The notes beneath the pieces are model-generated. The model had not been told where the DNA came from and did no database searches. It saw only the letters and a program-made list of their open reading frames with translations. Positions 1 to 9,039 of a DNA stretch of 64,000 bases are shown here, piece by piece (the stretch's first letter is position 1; the number at the start of each line of letters is the position of its first letter). Source of the DNA: Bacteroidales bacterium (GTDB taxonomy: Bacteria > Bacteroidota > Bacteroidia > Bacteroidales > SZUA-534); assembly GCA_045640185.1 (NCBI GenBank), contig JAZUEN010000045.1, forward strand, positions 1,088-65,087. The letters run 5' to 3'. A program made the position numbers and the translations under genes.

Positions 1-1275
1 GCCGAGACAATCTACGAGTTCGCCAGCGACGAACAGAAGGAACGCTACATACCACGCATCTGCGCAGGCGAGACAATGTCAATGGACCTGACCGAACCCG
101 ATGCAGGCTCCGACCTTCAGTCTGTCACACTCAACGCTACATTCAGCGAGGCCGACAACTGCTGGTACCTGAATGGCGTTAAACGATTCATCACAAATGG
201 CGATGCCGACATTCACCTCGTTTTGGCACGTTCCGAAGAAGGCACACACGACGGCCGTGGACTTTCAATGTTCATCTTCGACAAGCGCAATGGCGGGCAC
301 ACCGTACGTCGCATCGAGAACAAAATGGGCATAAAGGGCTCGCCAACCTGCGAGATTGTGTTCCACAACGCAAAGGCAGAACTTTGTGGCGAACGACGTC
401 TAGGCCTGATAAAATACGTGATGTCGCTGATGAACGGCGCGCGATTGGGCATTGCCGCCCAATCTGTCGGACTGTCGCAAGCCTGCTACTACGAAGCCCT
501 TGCCTACGCCCGCGACCGTCAGCAGTTCGGACACCCAATAATTGAATTCAGCGCCGTTGCCGAACTAATAAAGACAATGAAGGCAAAACTCGATGCCAAC
601 CGTGCAATTCTTTATGAAACAGCACGTTTTGTCGATATGTACAAAATACTGGAAGATATTTCGAAAGAACGGAAACTAACACCCGAAGAACGCCAAGAGG
701 CAAAGAAATACTCACGACAGGCCGACGCCTTCACACCGCTCGCCAAAGGACTGGGAAGCGAATTCGCAAACCAAAACGCCTACGACTGCATTCAGGTTCA
801 CGGCGGTTCGGGATTTATGAAGGACTACACCTGCGAACGGCTTTACCGCGACGCCCGCATCACAAGCATATACGAGGGCACGACACAACTGCAGGTTGTC
901 GCATCCACTCGATATGTCACTACAGGATTCTACCTGAATATGATGCAAGATTATGCCACACAGCCTGTAAACGACAGCCTGCAGAAAATGCACGACACCC
1001 TGGACAAGATGACCGCCGAATATGAGGATGCCGTCAAATTCGTCACCGAAAAAGAATCGCCCGAATTTATTGAATATCACGCACGTAGATTGGTCGAAAT
1101 GGCTGGATACACCATTATGGCTTACCTGCTGATGATTGACACCAACCGCGATGCAATGTTCCGCGAATCGGCCGAAACTTTCCTGAAATTCGCACGCTCG
1201 CAAAACGCTATGCGGGCAATATTCATCAAGGAATCAGACATTGCCGACATCGACACTTTGAAGAAATTTCAATAG
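1..1275 (+). CDS. Acyl-CoA dehydrogenase (5'-truncated by window edge)
   Basis: Frame is open from base 1. Motifs MDLTEPDAGSDL, LNGVKRFITNG, KMGIKGSPT, QVHGGSGF and IYEGTTQLQ. Confidence 0.93.
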   Translation, partial: AETIYEFASDEQKERYIPRICAGETMSMDLTEPDAGSDLQSVTLNATFSEADNCWYLNGVKRFITNGDADIHLVLARSEEGTHDGRGLSMFIFDKRNGGHTVRRIENKMGIKGSPTCEIVFHNAKAELCGERRLGLIKYVMSLMNGARLGIAAQSVGLSQACYYEALAYARDRQQFGHPIIEFSAVAELIKTMKAKLDANRAILYETARFVDMYKILEDISKERKLTPEERQEAKKYSRQADAFTPLAKGLGSEFANQNAYDCIQVHGGSGFMKDYTCERLYRDARITSIYEGTTQLQVVASTRYVTTGFYLNMMQDYATQPVNDSLQKMHDTLDKMTAEYEDAVKFVTEKESPEFIEYHARRLVEMAGYTIMAYLLMIDTNRDAMFRESAETFLKFARSQNAMRAIFIKESDIADIDTLKKFQ

Positions 1276-1289
1276 AATGCCTCAATAAC

Positions 1290-1326
1290 GGCAAAGCCGA
1301 TTTTCTTTACGAAAATCGGCTTTGCC
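1290..1326. terminator. Intrinsic terminator between convergent genes
   Basis: Perfect 16-bp inverted repeat ggcaaagccgattttc / gaaaatcggctttgcc with a 5-nt loop, followed by atttttattt. Confidence 0.85.
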
Positions 1327-1358
1327 ATTTTTATTTACACCATTTTCAACAGACAGCA

Positions 1359-2600
1359 TCAGTTGTTGGCTGAATGTAGCAGATTCTTGATATGTCTGAT
1401 TTTATATGTCTGAATTGAGTTGTAAGGCGAATAATCGTTAACGCTTACAGCATACATTAATATTCCGTCGGAAAAACACAGCCACACATTGCCGTATTTG
1501 AGTCTGACGCCTTCGCTTCCACCATCTTCCTCTATATTTACATTGTTTGAATTATCGGCCTCTGGCTCACCCAGAAATTTAATCACATTGTCCTTGGTTG
1601 TTCCTATGGGCAGTCTCAGTGCCAAATTAGTAATGACAGCATTGTGTTCCAAATAATCATAAATTCCTCCTTCAACATCTTCCAGTGAATGGCCAACTTG
1701 CAAAGATTGAGATTGCAAAGTGCCGGCTTTTTCATTCTGCCATACGCCACCGACATTGTATTCCGAGCCCTTCAACAGATTCCTTACGCCTCGCTCAGGA
1801 TACCACCCTATATACCAATCGCCTCTAAAAGATTCAATTCCAACAGCATAGTACAAGACTTCGCCTTCAAACAACAGCCACACGTTGCCGTATTTCCTCG
1901 TCTCGTGCAAGCCTCTTTTTGCGAAACTTAATTGAGGACCAACCTCATCTGGCACACCCAATATCTCCTCGATATCTGACAATCTTGCTCCGATAGGAAA
2001 ACTCAATGCCAATTCCGCCCTTGCGTTTATTTTTTCAACATACTTGTCAATCTTGGCTTTAATCTCGTCATATTGCATCTGCAATTCCTTCTCCACTGCC
2101 TTCGACTCTGCAAGTTCCTTGATTTTTTCCTCCAGTTCGATTATGTGTTCTTTCGACATCTCAAGTTCCGCCTGCAGGCTGTCAACCGACACGTCGTTCT
2201 TCCTGTCTTCAATCGATTTGTTTATTCGGCGCACCACATCCGACGGGTCGACGGTGATTTCTGCCTTCACATAATATATGGAACCATTCCACTGCTCGTC
2301 GATAATCCTGGTTTCAGCCACGCCCATGCTCAATTGCCGTATCTCGTTGGTATAAAAGTCCTTTGACACCTTTAGGCCGTCATCTTCGACATTGTAGTTG
2401 ACATAGCTCTCAATGTAAACGCCCAGCTCTTCAACCAGCAAGCCCTTGACTGCCGAAAGAGCGCACGAACGTGCCGACAACTTGCTGTCCGATTCCGATG
2501 CCTGATAGGTGTATTCACGTACGAAAATCTTTGGCTCTGCATTCGATATAACACTGATTGACAACATTATTACGGCGACCAACAGTTTCATTGCTTTCAT
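1359..2600 (-). CDS. Secreted hypothetical protein: N-terminal LPP20/FlgT-N-like domain, coiled coil, two copies of a small C-terminal domain
   Basis: Signal peptide. The motif LALxxPIG...LGxPD/E...KYGNVWLxF...YAV...NLL occurs twice. Paralog of 2626..3492. Confidence 0.75.
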   Translation of the reverse strand: MKAMKLLVAVIMLSISVISNAEPKIFVREYTYQASESDSKLSARSCALSAVKGLLVEELGVYIESYVNYNVEDDGLKVSKDFYTNEIRQLSMGVAETRIIDEQWNGSIYYVKAEITVDPSDVVRRINKSIEDRKNDVSVDSLQAELEMSKEHIIELEEKIKELAESKAVEKELQMQYDEIKAKIDKYVEKINARAELALSFPIGARLSDIEEILGVPDEVGPQLSFAKRGLHETRKYGNVWLLFEGEVLYYAVGIESFRGDWYIGWYPERGVRNLLKGSEYNVGGVWQNEKAGTLQSQSLQVGHSLEDVEGGIYDYLEHNAVITNLALRLPIGTTKDNVIKFLGEPEADNSNNVNIEEDGGSEGVRLKYGNVWLCFSDGILMYAVSVNDYSPYNSIQTYKIRHIKNLLHSANN

Positions 2601-2625
2601 AATTCCATTATTTTGGTTAGATAGG

Positions 2626-3492
2626 TTATTGTTTATCCAAATCGTAAGTCAACTTGTTTTTCAAAAGATTCTTCACACCGCGTCCTTCGTATGCCGACTT
2701 GTCGCATTTGTGACAAAAGTCGTAAACACCGACTGCATATACCAAATCGTAATCGCGAAAAAGCAACCAGACATTGCCATACTTGCATTCGTACCACGTA
2801 ACACGCCTTTCCAACGAAAAACTGTCGAACTCGTCAGGCTCGCCCATAACGTCCTTCACCTTATAACGCCTCATTCCTAACGGCAATTTCAGGGCCACGG
2901 CCGTAATATCGTTGCTCTCAACAATATAATCCAGCAAGTTTGCACTGGCATCGGCACAGCGCAACTGCATTTCCAAGTCCTCCTCTTTCCGCAACGACGT
3001 ATTTAGTTCATTCAGTTTCCGTTCCAATTCCACTATGTGTTCTTTCGATTTTTCGAGTTCCGCCTGCAGGCTGTCAACCGACACGTCGTTCTTCCTGTCT
3101 TCAATCGATTTGTTGATTCTGCGCACCACATCCGACGGGTCGACGGTGATTTCAGCCTTCACGTAATAAGTGTGGCCGTCCCACTGCTCATCAATAATCT
3201 TGGTTTCGGCCACGCCCATACTCATTTGACGTATCTCGTTGGTATAAAAGTCTTTTGAAATCTTTCGGCCGTCATCTTCGATGTTGTAGTTGACATAGCT
3301 CTCAATGTAAACGCCCAACTCCTCAACCAGCAGGCCTTTAACCGCCGAAAGGGCGCACGAGCGGGCCGACAGTTTGCTGTCCGATTCCGATGCCTGATAG
3401 TTGTATTCACGTACGAAAATCTTTGGTTCCGCATTCGATATAACACTGATTGCCAGTAACATTATGGCAAACGACAGTTTAACCGCTTTCAT
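2626..3492 (-). CDS. Secreted hypothetical protein, tandem paralog of 1359..2600 with one C-terminal domain copy
   Basis: First ~155 aa are nearly identical to the downstream paralog. Single KYGNVWLLF domain. Confidence 0.75.
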   Translation of the reverse strand: MKAVKLSFAIMLLAISVISNAEPKIFVREYNYQASESDSKLSARSCALSAVKGLLVEELGVYIESYVNYNIEDDGRKISKDFYTNEIRQMSMGVAETKIIDEQWDGHTYYVKAEITVDPSDVVRRINKSIEDRKNDVSVDSLQAELEKSKEHIVELERKLNELNTSLRKEEDLEMQLRCADASANLLDYIVESNDITAVALKLPLGMRRYKVKDVMGEPDEFDSFSLERRVTWYECKYGNVWLLFRDYDLVYAVGVYDFCHKCDKSAYEGRGVKNLLKNKLTYDLDKQ

Positions 3493-3701
3493 AAATGTAT
3501 TTTTTAACAGCGAATATAAGATGTTTCACATTAAGAAAAGGTTGCGTGACCGAAAAACTTATTCGCACACCGTTTCAGGTAGCGTATTTCGCCACGAAAG
3601 AAAGGAGAAGTTATTTTTATAAAACGAACTTTTTACAAAGGCCGTTTCTTCAACTAAAAACACTGTACTTTTTCGAAAAAGTTTTTGGCTGAGAATTATA
3701 A

Positions 3702-3756
3702 AAATCCCTCATTGGGGGACAAAATTTGTTGGATTCGTCCTTCATTGGAGGGATTT
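3702..3756 (-). terminator. Hairpin directly after res stop codon
   Basis: Outer stem aaatccctc...gagggattt with inner ggggac/gtcctt pairing. Confidence 0.5.
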
Positions 3757-6709
3757 ATTCTTGCATCAATTCTCTTACAATCTCTGTCATTTTTTTATTA
3801 TCTAATTGAGTTTTGAAATTGACCGAATAACCATCTATCTTGAGTTGCTCAAAGAACTTTTGAGCACAATCAATTTTTACTTGTTCTATTGGACGTAAAG
3901 TAGTCTTTCCTTCCACATCTTTTGTTTCAATAATGATATTTAGCTCTTTTTTGCCATCTTTTCGTTTGACAATGTACATAAAATCAGGACTATAATTGTC
4001 GATTATGGTTGGAATTGCAATACTTCGACGCGGAATTTTTCCAAACACAATTACATCATCTATATCTGATATTATATTTTTCTTTTCCAATTCTGAATCG
4101 TAAGCAATTCCTTCATACAAATATTTTGTAGAAGGGTTTCCTTTGTCTAATGTGATGCCAATAAGACCTTGGGTAATTTCATCTTTCAATTTTCCGTTTA
4201 CATCTGTCAGCGAAGTTTCTTTTGAATTATAGTTTGCTTGTTTATAATTCAGCAATCCTTTGACATTCTCAACTTTCCAATCATTGAATTGAGAGATAAT
4301 GTTTGTCATTGAACTTTCATTTATATATGTGCTTATGTATGGCGGATTTGCTTCAAAATACTCTACGATCTTATTGTGTATCAATTTTATTGGCAACGAT
4401 GTTGACTTGTTTATCCTGATAAGAAATTGATTGTATGACATTTCTTTCCCGTGAAGTTCATATTCAACGCCCGCATCACAAGCTAATGTTGCTTCATTAC
4501 CAACTATTTCAACTGCGTCACGACGACTATTAATTGTAACAAATTGAAAAGTATCTTTAGATAAATGAAAATCATTTTCAATCCGTTCGTTAAGTTCCTT
4601 TTCAAAGAAAATGATATACTTCTGATTGATTTTGCTCCAAAGTTCTTTTAGCTCGTCAAACCGTTCCTTCCTAATTTTGATAGTATTCGTCTGCTTTCTG
4701 TTTCGATCGGTAATTTTACTGTTATTCAAGCCACCTGTCTGAAATTCAGGATATTTATCAAAAAACTCTGATAGTTTTTCAACTTGAACTTTTTTGTTTG
4801 AATCGACGAATCCACTCAAAAGCATTTCTGCGAATAGTACATTTTTGTCTTTTCCTAATTTTGTGGCAACTTCCTCAAGTTTTTCATCTGTAATAATCAT
4901 TTCATTGGTTGATGTAACATCGCCATTGATTTCTGCCACCAAGCGATTTGCGAAATCAGCTTCTGTAAAATCGACAATATAATTCAACTGGAATTCTTCG
5001 TTTATACGATTTCCAAACTCATCAACTGGCAATCTCAAACCACGTCCAACTTCTTGAATCTTGCTAATTTCGCTTCCGCTTGAACGTAATTTAGTTATAG
5101 TAAACACATTAGGATTGTCCCAACCTTCTTTAAGCGTCCATTTTGAGAAAAGGAAACGACGAAGATTCCAATTGCCATTAGCATCTTTAAAAGACAATAG
5201 TCCCTTTTTGTTTCGTAAAATATCATCAACTTCTTTTGCAACGGCTTCATCACTATCACTATTATCTTGAGCAAAATAGCCTGCCGAGCAAGCTCTTAAA
5301 TTGCTTAAACTTGCATTTAGAAAATCTTGATATTCCGTTGAATTATCTTTTTTCAATTCCTTTTCGATGTTTTCTTTCAGTTTCTGCTCAAATTTATCAC
5401 GCAACCAAGCATTTTCTCCATTCTCATCACCTCTAAAGGACTGAATGTCATCAATAAAGAACAAGGCTAATGTTTTTATCTTTTGTGTGCGTTCAAAGTT
5501 TTTGCGTTCACTTTCAAAATGACGTTGAATTGCCAAATCTATCATTGCTTCCTGATACGACGATGAACAAATGTTCACATCAAATTCTTCGCCTTTACGC
5601 TTGGTTTGTCCATTTGAAAATGCGACATAGTCTTTGCCAATATCCTCAATGACAATTCCTTCCATATCGGAAGAAACAGAACCTAATGAATCATTCTTAT
5701 ACAACGTATAAGATTTTGTTTGTAATGCAGTAACATAATTTACATCAATCGACTCTCTATTTTTTATAGCCGTGACTTTTATTTTTTCATTCTTCTTGCT
5801 TGGTGATTCGAAATGTTCTTTCGCAACGCCTTTTACCAAATTCTGATTGAAAGCCTGACACGCATTCAAGTTGTACAAAAGATTTTCATAATCTTTTCTT
5901 ACGAATTTATTTTTTCCCTTTCCTTCGGTTATTTCAGGGAATGTTGCGCCAAAACGGATAATACATTGTGGTACAATTTTTTCCCGTAGAACTGTATAAG
6001 CTTTTTGGTCGCGTGAAAAGCGGTGTGGCTCATCAATAATCACTATCGGGTGCGTGCCTTTCAAGGCTTCGTATGGTTTGTAAAAGCCTTGTATGGTTTG
6101 ATCGTAATCTTCACGGCTCAACATTCCGTTCTTTTGGTCGGAAAGTAACGCCATATTAACCAACAAAACATATATTTTGTTGGTGGTTTGATGCGAACCA
6201 CTTACAAACTCTCTCACTTCCGAAGGGAACATTCGCTTTCCTTTTTTAGCCTGTTTTGCAACAAGTACGCACAAATCTATTTCAGCATTATACCCACAAG
6301 CATTGCTAAAATGACGTTTCACGTCGGCATCTCCTAAAAATGATTTTGCACCTTCCTTTATTGGCAATGTTGGCACGGCTACAATAAATTTATTGAAGCC
6401 GTAACGTTTGTGCAATTCATAAATAGTATGGGTGTAAACGTAGGTTTTGCCAGTTCCTGTTTCCATTTTCACATCAAGGTTTAGGAAATTGGGCGAGACG
6501 ATTTGTTTACGATTGTCTGCATCAACATTGTATTGTGAATCAATCTGAACAGACTTTATATTTTCTTTAATTTTAGTATCAGTAAAATCTATTTGCGGAT
6601 TTTCGTAAAGTTGTGTTGGCTTGTTAATCTGCACATTATCAAAAACCTTTACTATGGCATCGATGGCTTTTTGCTGATGCTCTAATCCACTTTGATATTT
6701 AATCTCCAT
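3755..6709 (-). CDS. res: Type III restriction-modification endonuclease/helicase subunit Res (EcoP1/EcoP15I-like)
   Basis: METGTGKT (Walker A), IIDEPH, EGWDNPNVF, QEVGRGLRL, and C-terminal YSPDF...IIETK nuclease motif. Lies 2 bp downstream of mod. Confidence 0.95.
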   Translation of the reverse strand: MEIKYQSGLEHQQKAIDAIVKVFDNVQINKPTQLYENPQIDFTDTKIKENIKSVQIDSQYNVDADNRKQIVSPNFLNLDVKMETGTGKTYVYTHTIYELHKRYGFNKFIVAVPTLPIKEGAKSFLGDADVKRHFSNACGYNAEIDLCVLVAKQAKKGKRMFPSEVREFVSGSHQTTNKIYVLLVNMALLSDQKNGMLSREDYDQTIQGFYKPYEALKGTHPIVIIDEPHRFSRDQKAYTVLREKIVPQCIIRFGATFPEITEGKGKNKFVRKDYENLLYNLNACQAFNQNLVKGVAKEHFESPSKKNEKIKVTAIKNRESIDVNYVTALQTKSYTLYKNDSLGSVSSDMEGIVIEDIGKDYVAFSNGQTKRKGEEFDVNICSSSYQEAMIDLAIQRHFESERKNFERTQKIKTLALFFIDDIQSFRGDENGENAWLRDKFEQKLKENIEKELKKDNSTEYQDFLNASLSNLRACSAGYFAQDNSDSDEAVAKEVDDILRNKKGLLSFKDANGNWNLRRFLFSKWTLKEGWDNPNVFTITKLRSSGSEISKIQEVGRGLRLPVDEFGNRINEEFQLNYIVDFTEADFANRLVAEINGDVTSTNEMIITDEKLEEVATKLGKDKNVLFAEMLLSGFVDSNKKVQVEKLSEFFDKYPEFQTGGLNNSKITDRNRKQTNTIKIRKERFDELKELWSKINQKYIIFFEKELNERIENDFHLSKDTFQFVTINSRRDAVEIVGNEATLACDAGVEYELHGKEMSYNQFLIRINKSTSLPIKLIHNKIVEYFEANPPYISTYINESSMTNIISQFNDWKVENVKGLLNYKQANYNSKETSLTDVNGKLKDEITQGLIGITLDKGNPSTKYLYEGIAYDSELEKKNIISDIDDVIVFGKIPRRSIAIPTIIDNYSPDFMYIVKRKDGKKELNIIIETKDVEGKTTLRPIEQVKIDCAQKFFEQLKIDGYSVNFKTQLDNKKMTEIVRELMQE

Positions 6710-6711
6710 AA

Positions 6712-8748
6712 CTAATAGCGAATGTCGAAGTTGATGTTTATGTTCTTTTGGCTATCTTTGAGTGTAGCAAGATTTTTCTTTAACATTTCGGTTTGCGTAA
6801 AAGTGAAGCTGTAGCCGAACAACACGATATTTTGCGGATTGAACGATGGTTCACTGCTGTATTTGTCAATTAAAGCCACCATTGCTTCTTCGTTGAAATT
6901 TTCGCCTTCCACAAAATACAAATGGCTCCCGCAATGATAGGCGGTATAATCTTTCAGTTTCAATTCTTCTACTTTTGCGCCAAACCCATAACCATCTTTC
7001 ACACACCAAGTTTCAAGAACTGTTTCTTTGCCAAAAGAGTGTAGAATATTCATATCGGCAAAGGCATTAAACATTGATGCATCAAATGTTTCCATCTTGT
7101 CCAATGTTTTTTGCGGAACATCCTGCAAAGTGAAGTGCTTGAAACCCCAGTCCATGTTTTGGAGTGTATTCTTCTTGGTCTCAATTTCACCCTTCAAGGT
7201 CTCAATCTCTTGCGCCAAAGGATTCTCTTCTTCAAAGATTTTTCCTTGCTGGCTCTCTTTGGCAAGTTTTTCTTCTTTGGTTTTGAGTTGAGTTTCTTTT
7301 TGAGATATTTCTGTTTGAAGGTCGGATTTGATTTTTGTGGCTGCTCGACGGATGCGCTCTTGGCCAATTTGGTCGATGGTTAGATAACCAGCTTTATGTG
7401 CTTCTTTATCTGTTGCAATAAATTCAGGAATTTGCACCATAATAAACTTTCTATTTTCTTCATCTTCTGCGTTTAATTTCATAACAGCGTGAGCGGTGGT
7501 GGCAGAACCAGAAAAGAAATCAAGAATGATAGAATCTTCTTTCAAATTTGCTAATTTAGACAAATGCACAATTAACTTTGTTCCTTTAGGATTATCAAAA
7601 ATTCCTTTTCCTAAAAGTTCTGCTAATTCTTCATTATTGCCATGTGTATGTCCAACAACATTATAATGCAAAACGCTACCTGGAACAACTCCTTTTTGAG
7701 AAACTTCTTCCAAATAAGTTTTTTTATCAACACCACCATTTTTATTAAAATAAAGTTCTCCTTCTTCATATAATTTCAATAAGGTTTCTTTGGAATATCG
7801 AGGGAACCGACCTTGGGGGCAACTCCATTTTATTCCATTAGGAAACATCACTTCATATTTTGAATTTTCTGTACCACTTTTAGCATGTAGTGGTGTGGGT
7901 TTCCATGGACCTTTAGGGTCATTGTCTCTATTTTTATAGCTTTCGTTTTGTTCTTCATTTCGGTTTAATCGACCAATTTTAAAAAGAGACTTTTCTTTTG
8001 CAAAGAATAAAATATATTCGTGTTGACCTGAAACATATTCGGTATCATTAGATACGGTATATTTACTTTCCCATAGTAATTGTATTATTAAATTCTCTTC
8101 TCCAAACACGTTATCACACAGCAACTTTAAATTAGCCTGTTCATTATCATCAATAGAAATAAAAATCACACCATCTTCGGTCAGCAAGTCTTTTGCAAGC
8201 ATTAGGCGCGGAGCCATAAACATAAGCCAAGCGGAATGTGAAGCCGAACCTCTTTTGCAAAGGTCAAGAATGCGCTTAGCCTTATCTTCGTCCACGCCCA
8301 ACTTGGTTTGTAATTGTTCGGGCGTGAAATTGAACTTGTCGTTATACACAAAACCGTCACTGCCAGTGTTATAGGGCGGATCTATGTAGATGCACTTGAT
8401 TTTACCAGAGTACGATTTCAGTAAATGTTTCAGCGCATCAAGATTATCGCCACTTATGTAAATGTTTTGGCTGTCTTTGTTTTCTGGCTTGCTGTTATGT
8501 TCTATATCTGGTTGAATAACCGTTTCGGTTTCGGTGCTGGCTATTAAATTCGCATAGTTTTTACCCAAAAAGTTTAAGTCGTAGCCTTCTTTGGTAATAT
8601 CGACTTTGTCGCTAATCAACGACTGAAATTTTTCCAAATCGAATTTTCCTTCTTTGTTGAAGCAGTTGGGAAAATCTGCGTGCAGTTTCCTAAAAACCAT
8701 ATCATTGGCTTTTATGGTTGCATTATCTGCTTTTGTGTCTTTTATCAT
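6712..8748 (-). CDS. mod: Type III restriction-modification adenine methyltransferase Mod
   Basis: GDNLDALK, IYIDPPYNTG (motif IV), FDNPKG, LDFFSGSATTAHAV (motif I), with an AT-rich TRD between them. Confidence 0.95.
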   Translation of the reverse strand: MIKDTKADNATIKANDMVFRKLHADFPNCFNKEGKFDLEKFQSLISDKVDITKEGYDLNFLGKNYANLIASTETETVIQPDIEHNSKPENKDSQNIYISGDNLDALKHLLKSYSGKIKCIYIDPPYNTGSDGFVYNDKFNFTPEQLQTKLGVDEDKAKRILDLCKRGSASHSAWLMFMAPRLMLAKDLLTEDGVIFISIDDNEQANLKLLCDNVFGEENLIIQLLWESKYTVSNDTEYVSGQHEYILFFAKEKSLFKIGRLNRNEEQNESYKNRDNDPKGPWKPTPLHAKSGTENSKYEVMFPNGIKWSCPQGRFPRYSKETLLKLYEEGELYFNKNGGVDKKTYLEEVSQKGVVPGSVLHYNVVGHTHGNNEELAELLGKGIFDNPKGTKLIVHLSKLANLKEDSIILDFFSGSATTAHAVMKLNAEDEENRKFIMVQIPEFIATDKEAHKAGYLTIDQIGQERIRRAATKIKSDLQTEISQKETQLKTKEEKLAKESQQGKIFEEENPLAQEIETLKGEIETKKNTLQNMDWGFKHFTLQDVPQKTLDKMETFDASMFNAFADMNILHSFGKETVLETWCVKDGYGFGAKVEELKLKDYTAYHCGSHLYFVEGENFNEEAMVALIDKYSSEPSFNPQNIVLFGYSFTFTQTEMLKKNLATLKDSQKNININFDIRY

Positions 8749-8769
8749 TTTGCGCCATAATTTGTGCGC

Positions 8770-8966
8770 CCCACTTATCTGTTTCGGATTTCTACGGACA
8801 TTATCTTAGGGCAAAAAAGAACGTGGACTCAACATTATCCACGCTCTGAGGCCCTAGGATTGCCCGTCACAACAGATAAGTCAAGCCCACGCCATACAGC
8901 GCAGGCATTTACTTGACTTATTCGTGTTGTAACATTCTTTCTAAAATTTCCTAGGTTTCAGAGCAG
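8770..8966 (-). promoter_or_regulatory. Candidate structured leader RNA / transcription attenuator upstream of mod-res
   Basis: Long nested hairpin (8843-8859 with 8949-8964; 8868-8885 with 8912-8930). Terminator at 8813-8843 with U tract. Alternative 14-bp helix between 8820-8833 and 8880-8893. Confidence 0.6.
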
Positions 8967-9039
8967 TTACCGAATAATAAGCAAACGCTTGTTAGTTAAT
9001 ATGTTAATTTATAATTTCTTTTCTATTTATTTGTAATAA

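Noticed and set aside
1359-3492. Diversity-generating retroelement template/variable repeat pair
   Set aside because: The similarity lies in the N-terminal halves of two intact genes, the differences are not adenine-specific, and no reverse transcriptase is present.
6712-8748. Phase-variable simple sequence repeat in mod (phasevarion)
   Set aside because: I saw no tandem 2-5-mer or long homopolymer tract, and the ORF is intact.
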